64,000 bases of DNA from assembly GCA_016861085.1 (NCBI GenBank), contig BOKR01000001.1, positions 825,696-889,695 on the forward strand, in the 5' to 3' direction. The DNA is from Patescibacteria group bacterium (GTDB lineage: Bacteria > Patescibacteriota > Microgenomatia > UBA1400 > PJMF01). This document shows positions 17,250 to 26,057 of the stretch, piece by piece (the stretch's first letter is position 1; the number at the start of each line of letters is the position of its first letter). The translations under genes and the position numbers were made by a program. The notes beneath the pieces were generated by a model. The model saw only the letters and a program-made list of their open reading frames with translations, was not told where the DNA came from and did not search any database.

Positions 17250-18872
17250 ATGTCGTTTCAATATTTGCAACCTCAACAACATTACGAAGATCGCTATGAC
17301 GTTGGCACGATCAAAGAGTGCTTAAGAGTTTTAGACATGGTTAATGGTATTGGTGAAAAAATGAAACTTGAGCCAAAGCTTCAAAGCTATCCAGAGTCAG
17401 AGCAAGATCGGAACATGGGGTTATTCAGGGGCAGGATGCTCTTTTTCATTCAGGCTCAAAGACATAAACACAGGGCATCAACGATTGCTGAGTGGATGGA
17501 GTCTGATCGCCTTAAACAGGATAAGCAAGACAACACGCCAGCTCCTAAAGCTAACTGTCCTGAGTGTGGAGGTGCTATGACTGATGATGGCTCTCACCAC
17601 TTAATTGATTGGGATGACGATAAACCCATGAGGGTGCTATTCACCTTCAACTGTCCAAAATGCAAAAAGCGACAAGGTGTGTATGACGATGGCGAGATCT
17701 ATGTTTCCAAATCTGACTTCTGTCCTGACTGCAAACAAAAGCTAGAGAGGAAAAGCAGTAAGAAGGATGAAGTCGTTACTACACGCTACAACTGTAAAAG
17801 CTGTGGCTACTCAAATAAAGAGACTTGGGATTTGAAGAAAAGCGATGAAGAACATAAGAAATGGCGAGAAGAACATTCAAAAAAAGAGATGGAAGATAAG
17901 CAACTGTTGGAGAAGTATCGAGCCGAATTTTGTCTATCTAATGAAAAAGGCAAAGAATATGCTGAAACCCTCGAAGCTCTGGAAGTTGCTCAGGAAGTAA
18001 AAGAAGAAGTTTTGGCTGAAATGGATACACCAGCTCATGAAAAGCTGTTATCAGTAAATAAAATCGCAATCACTGACTTAGAGGCTTTAGTGAATAAAGC
18101 ACTGGAAGAAAGTGGTTTCACTCGCCTGTCTATTGGTGAACCAGACATCGATCGTCATGTGTTAGTGCCCTTCACTGTTCAAGAAACTAAACTCAAACGA
18201 CGAGATCGGGAAAGTGTTGCTGATTTGTATGAATTGCTGAAAACTGCTCTAAATGATACCAACTGGCGAGCACCGAAAGATTTGATTACTTACCGCTTGG
18301 GATTTCTCAGCGGCAAGCTCAAAGGCTATGAATCAGAAGATGACCTGCTTAAACTCTTTGGCAAAGAAGAGCCAAAGAAACCCAAGTCAAAGCTTGATCC
18401 AGAGTTTAGAGCTAAGTATGAGCACCACAACCTCGTACAACTAGCCAGAATGGACGCTGAATACATTGCGACCAAACGTATTAGGACTCGCAGACTGAAA
18501 GATGAACCAGACGGTTTCTTCCTCAATGATGGTGGCAGAGGTTACACCTGTGGAATTTGCAGAAGATCACAAAATGGTGAAGACATTTGGTGGCGACCAG
18601 ATGGTTTGCGATGCCGAGACTGCTGGAGAAATATCCAAGAAGGTGTCATCCCTGTTCTTGATCTAGATAAAGAGTGGTGGGAGGAAGAACACTTTGATAA
18701 GTATGACGTTGAAAAAAGAGGTGTGAAGCCATCATCGATCAAAAAATTGAGACGAGAAGGTGTTTTAACTGGAAGAGATTTGAAAGATGCGAATGGAAAC
18801 AAGTACTTGACGGTTTTTTTGGTGAGTGAGAATCAGAAATTTATTAAGGACTACCCCAGAAAAGAGAGATAG
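17250..18872 (+). CDS. Hypothetical multi-zinc-ribbon protein
   Basis: Six CxxC pairs (CPEC, CPKC, CPDC, CKSC, CGIC, CRDC); AAGGAG RBS. Confidence 0.75.
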   Translation: MSFQYLQPQQHYEDRYDVGTIKECLRVLDMVNGIGEKMKLEPKLQSYPESEQDRNMGLFRGRMLFFIQAQRHKHRASTIAEWMESDRLKQDKQDNTPAPKANCPECGGAMTDDGSHHLIDWDDDKPMRVLFTFNCPKCKKRQGVYDDGEIYVSKSDFCPDCKQKLERKSSKKDEVVTTRYNCKSCGYSNKETWDLKKSDEEHKKWREEHSKKEMEDKQLLEKYRAEFCLSNEKGKEYAETLEALEVAQEVKEEVLAEMDTPAHEKLLSVNKIAITDLEALVNKALEESGFTRLSIGEPDIDRHVLVPFTVQETKLKRRDRESVADLYELLKTALNDTNWRAPKDLITYRLGFLSGKLKGYESEDDLLKLFGKEEPKKPKSKLDPEFRAKYEHHNLVQLARMDAEYIATKRIRTRRLKDEPDGFFLNDGGRGYTCGICRRSQNGEDIWWRPDGLRCRDCWRNIQEGVIPVLDLDKEWWEEEHFDKYDVEKRGVKPSSIKKLRREGVLTGRDLKDANGNKYLTVFLVSENQKFIKDYPRKER

Positions 18873-18895
18873 ATTGATCCATATATAACTCGCTC

Positions 18896-18930
18896 TTTAC
18901 TTTTTACGCTTTGTGCGTAAAATAGTGCGT
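18896..18930 (+). promoter_or_regulatory. Leaderless promoter with palindromic operator for the LexA-CBASS operon
   Basis: TTTACT-N16-TAAAAT-N7-ATG; TTTTACGC-N5-GCGTAAAA (18902-18922) covers the spacer and -10. Confidence 0.7.
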
Positions 18931-19551
18931 ATGAATAAGAATCTGACTTCTAAACAGAAGCAAGTTTTGGCTACGATCATCGATTTGACTCAAAAATTAG
19001 GTACTGAACCTACGTTGGAGCAAGTGAGACATCAGCTCGGTTATAGCAGTACAAGTTCTGTTCAGCGACATACTGATGTGTTGAAAGAAATTGGTTATTT
19101 GAGTCAGGGTCGTGGCTTGTCTCTACCATCAGCCGATAATTTTGTTCAGATTCCATTGGTTGGTAACGTTGCCTGCGGAACTCCATTACTCGCTTTGGAA
19201 AACACAGAAGCTTATATTCCTTTTGACTCATCCTCGCTCAAAGGAAGTGCTGAGGACTATTTTTTTCTGCGAGCGGTTGGTGACAGTATGAACAATGCCA
19301 ACGTGAATGGAAAAAACATTGATGATGGTGATTATGTGCTGATCAAAAAACAGGACTATCCTTCATTCGGTCAAAGAGTCGTTGCCCTGATTGGTGAAAA
19401 CGCTACCATTAAGAAACTAAAGCAAGGTGATGGTCATATCATCTTAGAACCTGAATCAACGAATCCAAATAATAAACCAATATATGTTTTTGAAGACTTC
19501 TCGGTGCAAGGAATCGTGCAAGATGTTCTTAAAAGAGAAAGAACAAAATGA
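18931..19551 (+). CDS. lexA: LexA-family repressor (wHTH + S24 peptidase)
   Basis: LTSKQKQVL..PTLEQV wHTH; cleavage region VGNVACG; catalytic GDSM and ATIKK. Confidence 0.88.
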   Translation: MNKNLTSKQKQVLATIIDLTQKLGTEPTLEQVRHQLGYSSTSSVQRHTDVLKEIGYLSQGRGLSLPSADNFVQIPLVGNVACGTPLLALENTEAYIPFDSSSLKGSAEDYFFLRAVGDSMNNANVNGKNIDDGDYVLIKKQDYPSFGQRVVALIGENATIKKLKQGDGHIILEPESTNPNNKPIYVFEDFSVQGIVQDVLKRERTK

Positions 19552-20534
19552 GCACCTACACACTTGATGACTTTATTGTTTCGCCATCTATAACTAACTC
19601 AGATCTCCTCTCTTACGCCAATTCGCATGTAAACTTACCCTCTGACCGTGCCAAAGAGCATAGAGATCAAGCCAATATCCTTCGAGAAAAACTAGAAAAA
19701 TATATTGATGAACATCCCGATTACAATTTAGTTAAAATGCTTCACTCAGGGAGTGTTGCAAAAGGTACTGCACTTAGACAAGTGAACGATATTGATGTAG
19801 CTGTTTATGTTAGAGCTGCTGAAGCACCTGAAACTGGTTCTGGGCTCACGCTCTGGTTACTAGATCGTCTTCAAGAGGTGTATCCCAACTTTGATAATGA
19901 TCAATTCCAACCTCAGGATCACTGCATTACGATTAATTATCGAAGTGGCTTAAGTGTGGATGTAGTACCAGTACTTTACGAAGGGGACGCGGACAATAAA
20001 GGTTACCTTATTACCAAATCTGGTGAGAAGGTACTGACTAGTATTTCACGCCATCTTGATTTTATACGCAAACGTAAGGGCTTACATCCAAATCACTACG
20101 TTCAGTTGATCAGGTTTATTAAGTGGTGGGTCAGGAGACAAAAGGACTTGAATCAAGATTACAAGTTCAAATCAATGATGGTTGAGCTTATTTGTGCACA
20201 CTTAGTTGATAAAGGTCTTGAGCCTTCCAACTATATTGAAGCTCTTCAATCTTTTTATGCTTACATCGTAAGAACTGGATTAAAAGAGCCAATATATTTT
20301 GGAGACTATTACAATCCAAAGTCTATAACACTAACTGATCTCCCTATCCAGATTTATGACCCCGTAAATCCAGAAAATAACATTGCACACAAATATACGG
20401 AGTTAAATCGACAGTTAATTGTTAGCTCAGCAGTAACAGCTCTTAACGCTATAACAACTGCTGCTAATAGTACCACTCAAGCAGAGGCTGTCAGCATGTG
20501 GCAAAAGGTTTTTGGTCCAACATTTAGGAAATAA
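19548..20534 (+). CDS. cdnC: CBASS cyclic oligonucleotide synthase (CD-NTase, CdnC-like)
   Basis: SGSVAKGTALRQVNDIDVAVY, VDVVP, DPVNPENN; resembles E. coli CdnC as recalled. Confidence 0.92.
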   Translation: MSTYTLDDFIVSPSITNSDLLSYANSHVNLPSDRAKEHRDQANILREKLEKYIDEHPDYNLVKMLHSGSVAKGTALRQVNDIDVAVYVRAAEAPETGSGLTLWLLDRLQEVYPNFDNDQFQPQDHCITINYRSGLSVDVVPVLYEGDADNKGYLITKSGEKVLTSISRHLDFIRKRKGLHPNHYVQLIRFIKWWVRRQKDLNQDYKFKSMMVELICAHLVDKGLEPSNYIEALQSFYAYIVRTGLKEPIYFGDYYNPKSITLTDLPIQIYDPVNPENNIAHKYTELNRQLIVSSAVTALNAITTAANSTTQAEAVSMWQKVFGPTFRK

Positions 20535-20537
20535 GGT

Positions 20538-21050
20538 ATGTCATACAGTCAAACGTTAACCAATACATCTACATTTACACTCTCTGATGCTAAGTATTTA
20601 GCTTCTCGCATTGCTACGGATCTCACCCAAATGAGATTGCTGTATGGTAAGCCTACTGAGCAGCGTGTCCAAGATTATGCGATTGAGGCAGCTATGTTGC
20701 TAAAGTTTGGCCTTCTTAGCTCAGTGAAGTACGGCTTCCAACTAAACGGAAACTGGATATACGCCATTAATTATTCTGTAAATTATTTAGGACAACTGCA
20801 AACAACAAACGATGATCCTGGAGACATTCCCTCTGCCGAAGGTGTGGCTAACGCCACCTGGCACTCATTTTTAACGACACGTCATAACTCAGACCTAAGT
20901 CAAACCGAGCTCGATTCTATTAATAGTCAGTTACCAATTTCTCGGAATAATGGGGATGAGCCTGGTTCTAACCATGGCACTTGGGTGACTGAAAAAACAT
21001 ATTCAAAAAATGGTGTCGCAATGACGCGTAGTTATTTTAGGAGTTCATAA
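20538..21050 (+). CDS. cap7: Bacterial HORMA-domain sensor
   Basis: TFTLSDAKYLASRIATDL..M...YG.P pattern of CBASS HORMA proteins; lies between the CD-NTase and the AAA ATPase. Confidence 0.9.
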   Translation: MSYSQTLTNTSTFTLSDAKYLASRIATDLTQMRLLYGKPTEQRVQDYAIEAAMLLKFGLLSSVKYGFQLNGNWIYAINYSVNYLGQLQTTNDDPGDIPSAEGVANATWHSFLTTRHNSDLSQTELDSINSQLPISRNNGDEPGSNHGTWVTEKTYSKNGVAMTRSYFRSS

Positions 21051-21964
21051 TGTCTGATCAGATTTTTGAAATTGTTAGAACCTATCCTGACCCTGTTGCT
21101 CAAAAACAATATGACAATCTTGTAGGTATAGATCATATAAAAAATAGGCTCAAAATTGAGGCAGCTGTTATTTTAAATCCAGCAGGGATTACAACTTGGA
21201 GTGAATCTTTTTATAAAAAAGAAGTGGAACTGGTAAAGGTTTTAAAACAGAGACCCCCGCTATTTATTTTTGCAGGGGATGTGGGTACTGGTAAAACAGC
21301 TCTTGCAGAATCATTTGCTAATGAAATAGCTAACACTGAAAAGGTTAATATAACTCTATTTAAACTCAGCCTTAGTGCAAGAGGATCAGGCATTGTTGGT
21401 GAAATTACCAAACTAATTAGTGAATCATTTGATCAATTAAGAAAAGAGGCTCAATCTCTAAGTGGTTCAAAATCAACTTTGATCTTTTTTATTGACGAGG
21501 CAGATGCTTTGGCACAGTCAAGAGAGGCATCTCAAATGCATCATGAAGACAAAGCTGGCGTAAACGCATTGATTAGAGGTATAGATTCAATCAAGGATTT
21601 GCCAATCCCAGTACTGGTTATCATGTGTACTAATCGTCATAGCTCTATTGATCCTGCTATTAGACGTCGTAGTGCCGTCACCTTCGAATTTTCAAGACCT
21701 TCTCAGGAACAGTGTTTTTCCTTATTCAAAAGCTATTTAACTGAACTAAGCATTACAGATGAAGAGATAAAAGAAGCAGTGAGTATGTGTATCCCATATG
21801 ATGGTTTGAGCTATGGATACACTTATTCTGATTTAACACAGAAAGTTCTTCCTTCTCTGCTTCTCAATTCATACCCTGATAATCCTGTTACTTTTGAGAC
21901 TTTAACAGAAGTAATTAAAACAACGCCACCAACAACGCCATTTAATGAATATCAAGGAAGCTAA
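21050..21964 (+). CDS. cap6: TRIP13/Pch2-like AAA+ ATPase
   Basis: GDVGTGKT, FIDEADAL, QMHHEDKAGVNALI, TNR, DPAIRRR. Confidence 0.92.
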   Translation: MSDQIFEIVRTYPDPVAQKQYDNLVGIDHIKNRLKIEAAVILNPAGITTWSESFYKKEVELVKVLKQRPPLFIFAGDVGTGKTALAESFANEIANTEKVNITLFKLSLSARGSGIVGEITKLISESFDQLRKEAQSLSGSKSTLIFFIDEADALAQSREASQMHHEDKAGVNALIRGIDSIKDLPIPVLVIMCTNRHSSIDPAIRRRSAVTFEFSRPSQEQCFSLFKSYLTELSITDEEIKEAVSMCIPYDGLSYGYTYSDLTQKVLPSLLLNSYPDNPVTFETLTEVIKTTPPTTPFNEYQGS

Positions 21965-21967
21965 AAT

Positions 21968-22690
21968 ATGAACAAAATTGATTTGTCTGAATTATTTGAG
22001 TCCCTACAAAAAACACTATTAAGTGAGTTAGAGGTTAGTAGTTCTATTACGCACCCAACAACACATGGCGATGATGCTGAACTTAACTGGACAAATGTTC
22101 TCAAGAGTTTGCCAAGTCGATATAAAGTAAACCGTGGGTTTGTTGTAGACAGCCATGGGAATCTGAGTGAGCAAATTGATGCAATCATTTATGATAATTA
22201 TTACTCGCCGCTAATTTTTAATAGAGAATCAACTATTTATGTACCGGCTGAAAGTGTTTATGCAGTCCTAGAAATTAAACCTGAGTTATCTAAGGACACC
22301 TTGGAATATGCTGGTAAGAAAGCCAAATCAGTTCGAGATCTACAAAGAACTAGCATGGCAGTTCGTCAAATTGATGGCTCATATAAAAGTAGAGAGTTAC
22401 CTACTATATTGTCTGGACTTCTGACAGCCAAATCCAGTTGGTCTCCAGCATTTGGAGATAGTTTTAATGGTGCTTTAACTACCCTGACTGACTCCTCAAG
22501 GATTGATCTAGGTATTGCTTTGCAAGATGGCTCTTTTAATTTTTCACAGCAAGAAGATGGTGCTTTCTTGGTGAATACAAGTCCTAAAGAAACAGCACTA
22601 ATTAGCTTCTTTATAAATTTAACCAAAAGACTTCAAATGCTTGGAAATGCTCCAGGTATTGATTTGGACACCTATTTTAAATGTTACTAA
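21968..22690 (+). CDS. nucC: NucC cyclic-oligoadenylate-activated endonuclease
   Basis: HPTTHGDDAE, SEQIDAIIYD, PAESVYAVLEIK. Confidence 0.92.
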   Translation: MNKIDLSELFESLQKTLLSELEVSSSITHPTTHGDDAELNWTNVLKSLPSRYKVNRGFVVDSHGNLSEQIDAIIYDNYYSPLIFNRESTIYVPAESVYAVLEIKPELSKDTLEYAGKKAKSVRDLQRTSMAVRQIDGSYKSRELPTILSGLLTAKSSWSPAFGDSFNGALTTLTDSSRIDLGIALQDGSFNFSQQEDGAFLVNTSPKETALISFFINLTKRLQMLGNAPGIDLDTYFKCY

Positions 22691-22716
22691 CTTAATTAGT
22701 TTGTACAAATAAAACT

Positions 22717-23475
22717 ATGAGTAATAGTGATATTTCAAATTTTGATCACAGAGTTGATGGTACTGATTCAAACTCCATCCCATCAGCTCAAGTGTCGTTT
22801 AGAGGCAAGACATTATCTTTTTCCAAACCAAGCATTACGGCAATGTTTTTAGACTACTCCTATGTCATGTGGTTTACAAGCCAAAATAGCTACATAGAGC
22901 ATAAATTTCTAAAAGAAGCTGATCAAAATGATATTTCGATTCAAGCGGGTCTAGATGAATTTCAGTTATTTCATATTTTAGAGCAAAAAATGGCCTGCAT
23001 TATTTTTGCATATACTGCGCTTGAAGCTTTTGCAAATAGCCAAATACCTGATGATTATGTCTATATAAACAACCGTTCAGACAAAAAATGCTTCGAGCAG
23101 TATTCAAAAAGTCAAATAGAGAGATTTATTAGTCTAGACACTAAGCTCGGAGACATCCTGCCTGAAATCTTGGATTTGGCTAGTCCCAAAGGCACAAGTA
23201 CCTGGGAGAAATATCTAAGTCTAAAGAAATTACGAGATGAAATCATTCATTGCAAATCAGCTCCGACAACCCAAGAAACTAACCAAATTTTCAAAGATCT
23301 TTTTAGCGAAACAGTGATAAATCCTTGTTTAGAGGCAAAAGATATTATCGGTTATTTTTTAAATTCACTCAAGCCAGATAATCAACCCATGTGGTTTAAG
23401 GAATTTTATAAAGTTGAGCGTGAAACACCAAAAAGCTTTTTTGATTGGGCAGATTCACCTGCTGCAGATAAATAG
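22717..23475 (+). CDS. Putative HEPN-domain protein downstream of nucC
   Basis: IIFAYTALEAFAN helix and LRDEIIH (R-x4-H). Confidence 0.65.
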   Translation: MSNSDISNFDHRVDGTDSNSIPSAQVSFRGKTLSFSKPSITAMFLDYSYVMWFTSQNSYIEHKFLKEADQNDISIQAGLDEFQLFHILEQKMACIIFAYTALEAFANSQIPDDYVYINNRSDKKCFEQYSKSQIERFISLDTKLGDILPEILDLASPKGTSTWEKYLSLKKLRDEIIHCKSAPTTQETNQIFKDLFSETVINPCLEAKDIIGYFLNSLKPDNQPMWFKEFYKVERETPKSFFDWADSPAADK

Positions 23476-23587
23476 GTCAAATTAGATCATTATTAAAACA
23501 AGACACACCCTTTTTATAGTGTCCCATTTGTCCCGTTTTTGCTAAAATTACCCTGGAAGCCCAATTCTGGAATGGGACAGTTATAAC

Positions 23588-23620
23588 GACGCACGGGTTC
23601 CAGACCCGGGTGCTCCGCAT
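23588..23620 (+). repeat. Degenerate tRNA 3'-end copy 1 (attR-like)
   Basis: GACGCACGGGTTCCAGACCCGGGTGCTCCGCAT; similar to 24486-24518 and to the 3' end of the tRNA-Ser at 1508-1533. Confidence 0.6.
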
Positions 23621-23676
23621 CCTAGGATTCGAACTACAGTGACGACAACTTATATAATACCGAATTTGAAAGTACT

Positions 23677-24123
23677 ATGAAAATTGCAGTAACATTTTCC
23701 ACTCTGTCTGGGAATACAGCTTTAGTAGCCAACGATCTTATTGAGTATCTAGAAAATAAGGGTCACGAGACAAAACTATTTGATGCCATGAATGTGGATG
23801 CCGACCAACTAAAAGAGTATGAATTAGTTTTCTTTGGTAGTTCTACTTACGGAGACGGAGAGTTAAATCCTATCACTGAAATATTTCTCTCTACCGCAGA
23901 TCAGAAAAATCATAACTGCAACAATACCCACTTTGCTTTTTTTTCATTAGGTGACTCCAGTTATCCTATTTTTTCATCAAGTGGTACATTAAGCAGTGAG
24001 AGAATTGCTAAAATGCATGGAAATATTATTGAACCTATTCTTCAGATTGATGGCTATCCAAACCAAGATACATTCCAAAAATGTAAGCAATGGGCCGAAA
24101 CTATACTCGATCAAATGAAGTAG
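23677..24123 (+). CDS. Flavodoxin (short chain)
   Basis: STLSGNT FMN loop, GSSTYGDGE, FSLGDSSY. Confidence 0.9.
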   Translation: MKIAVTFSTLSGNTALVANDLIEYLENKGHETKLFDAMNVDADQLKEYELVFFGSSTYGDGELNPITEIFLSTADQKNHNCNNTHFAFFSLGDSSYPIFSSSGTLSSERIAKMHGNIIEPILQIDGYPNQDTFQKCKQWAETILDQMK

Positions 24124-24144
24124 GGTTTGTGGTAGAATACAACC

Positions 24145-24474
24145 ATGGCAGATACAATATACAATCTAAAAATATCACCTCATACACTAAAAAAGATAGT
24201 TGAATATCAAAGTGGCTCTATCGTAAGTAGAGAACTTATTAAAACCACAAAAACTACCATTACTGCCTTTGCATTTGCTCAAGGCCAAGGTTTGAGCGAG
24301 CACACAACCCCTTTCACTGCTTTTGCACAAATTCTAGAGGGAGAAGCCAGTATCTCAGTTGATGGAAAAAAGCATGAAGTTAAAGAAGGTGAGGTACTTA
24401 TTTTACCAGCAGATACACCTCATGCACTGCAAGCAGTAAAAGAATTCAAGATGTTGCTCACTATGGCTAGATAA
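24145..24474 (+). CDS. Cupin-domain protein
   Basis: FAQGQGLSEHT, LEGEA, PADTPHAL. Confidence 0.88.
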   Translation: MADTIYNLKISPHTLKKIVEYQSGSIVSRELIKTTKTTITAFAFAQGQGLSEHTTPFTAFAQILEGEASISVDGKKHEVKEGEVLILPADTPHALQAVKEFKMLLTMAR

Positions 24475-24485
24475 ATTGAGTATAG

Positions 24486-24518
24486 GACGTACTGGTTCCA
24501 GACCCACATGCTCCGCCA
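24486..24518 (+). repeat. Degenerate tRNA 3'-end copy 2 (attR-like)
   Basis: GACGTACTGGTTCCAGACCCACATGCTCCGCCA; last 26 nt match the tRNA-Ser 3' end at 18/26 ungapped, including CTCCGCCA. Confidence 0.6.
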
Positions 24519-24551
24519 TTGCACAAAATGCTGATCAATTATCTGTAAGTC

Positions 24552-25631
24552 CTAAAATCCCATTTTTTCTAGCTCACTCAAGTAGCCAATAAGGTTGGGA
24601 TGTTGAACATCAATACTGCTTCTATCAATTAATGGCCTCTGACTTACTCTTGGGTCTGCTTCTCTTTTATTAAATTCTTGCTTCCACTCATTCAATATCT
24701 GCGGAAATCTATTTTTTAGTATTGATAAAAACCTGATCATCATTGGAAGATAAATTTTGTCTTTTTCGGTTTTTTGTTTTGAATATTCAAGATCGGAATT
24801 GTTTGCACTCCAATCTATTCTTGGCCAATTTCTTACACTTAAGGCTGTCCTGAGATCAATAATCATGTCACCCAAACTATAAGAATTATTTCCTCTAAGG
24901 TGAAAATCTAATACACTGAATCCTTCTTTTTGGTCATATAAAAAATTTGACGGCTTGGGATCAATAATCAGTCCTCGATTATAAAGATCTATTGCTGTTT
25001 CTATAAGTTGAACGATATGTTTGTCAGAATACTCTGGTGCTTGATCAGGTAAAAACTTCGTAACATCAGTTCCTGGAAGTAAATCCATAATTACCACACC
25101 ATCCTCAAAAGAGTAAGCAATCAGCTGAGCTACATGCTCTATTCCCTTTGCCCTTAACAATGGCTTAATTTCAAAATTTTCTTGCGTTATTGACTTGGAA
25201 AATTTTGCAGCATAAAACTTCCCATCAACTTCAATTTTAAATGCTGAGCCGTTGCTACCAGAATTCAAGAAACCTGGAATTTGGTTATAGTCGGATTGAC
25301 TCATTTTTGTTTTGAGTTCGTGAATTACAGGTTTAAAAGTTGTGTTGTATTTTATTATATTTTGTTCTCTAAATTCAATTTCCCCTCTCTTTTCTCTTCG
25401 AAGAAAATGTATGTAAGATTCTCTATTTTTTTCAATAATCTCAACCAATTCAGCTGGTAAGTCTGAAGGTAGATTATTTAAATCAGTTATCTTAGCAAGC
25501 TCGGTTGAATATTTAAGCAGACTTCTCTGTAAATTAGAAAATTCTTCAACACCTCTATCTGCATAAGCTTCTGCTTGTGCTTGTAATCTTTGTTCAGACT
25601 TAGGTAAAAGACCTTGTTCATTAGAAATCAT
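24552..25631 (-). CDS. Protein kinase-like fold protein
   Basis: Gly loop LNSGSNGSAF, AAK, catalytic loop IIDPKPSNF, LDF. Confidence 0.7.
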   Translation of the reverse strand: MISNEQGLLPKSEQRLQAQAEAYADRGVEEFSNLQRSLLKYSTELAKITDLNNLPSDLPAELVEIIEKNRESYIHFLRREKRGEIEFREQNIIKYNTTFKPVIHELKTKMSQSDYNQIPGFLNSGSNGSAFKIEVDGKFYAAKFSKSITQENFEIKPLLRAKGIEHVAQLIAYSFEDGVVIMDLLPGTDVTKFLPDQAPEYSDKHIVQLIETAIDLYNRGLIIDPKPSNFLYDQKEGFSVLDFHLRGNNSYSLGDMIIDLRTALSVRNWPRIDWSANNSDLEYSKQKTEKDKIYLPMMIRFLSILKNRFPQILNEWKQEFNKREADPRVSQRPLIDRSSIDVQHPNLIGYLSELEKMGF

Positions 25632-25773
25632 AGATAATCCTTAAGTATTAAAAATACTATACTATTTAATGTTTCAAGTTTCACCCCAGTTTTTATTGAT
25701 GTCAGTCCAACCACTTTCTTTCTAGATTTTATGCGATACAATGCGAATTAGTAGTAAAAGTATAGGAATTATT

Positions 25774-26022
25774 ATGAAAAAAATAATAGAAGCTACCGAG
25801 GAAACTCAAGCAAGTAAACCAAAAAGTAACCTAGAGAAAGCGCAAATAGAACTAGCAAACCTTTTGCTGCACTCAGAAGGAATTGTTCATCCCGCTGAGA
25901 TCAATTTTGTAGAAGATTTGCCTAAAGTCCTTACAAAGTACAGAGCTGAATTATTCCTACGTAAGCATAATATTAATGAAGATACTATTGCGGACATTAT
26001 GAATAGAGCATATGGAAGTTAA
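25774..26022 (+). CDS. Hypothetical protein
   Basis: Short ORF filling an intergenic gap; start uncertain (25741 or 25774). Confidence 0.5.
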   Translation: MKKIIEATEETQASKPKSNLEKAQIELANLLLHSEGIVHPAEINFVEDLPKVLTKYRAELFLRKHNINEDTIADIMNRAYGS

Positions 26023-26057
26023 ATAATCAGGGTCATCCATTCAACACAACCATACCC

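Larger units (their letters stand above)
1534..23620. mobile_element. tRNA-Ser-integrated genomic/defence island with large serine recombinase
   Basis: Starts after the tRNA 3' end; contains recombinase, terminase, MTases, R-M and CBASS; ends at a degenerate tRNA 3'-end copy (23588-23620). Boundaries inferred. Confidence 0.75.

Noticed and set aside
1535-23512. ACACCCTT direct repeat near both island ends (1535-1542 and 23505-23512) as att core
   Set aside because: Only 8 bp and could be chance; the tRNA-like remnant is better evidence
1534-23620. Complete prophage
   Set aside because: No portal, capsid, tail, lysis or recognisable replication genes; only a terminase module
23625-23634. GGATTCGAAC (minus-strand T-loop motif) as a tRNA gene
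   Set aside because: No T-stem, acceptor stem or cloverleaf can be built around it
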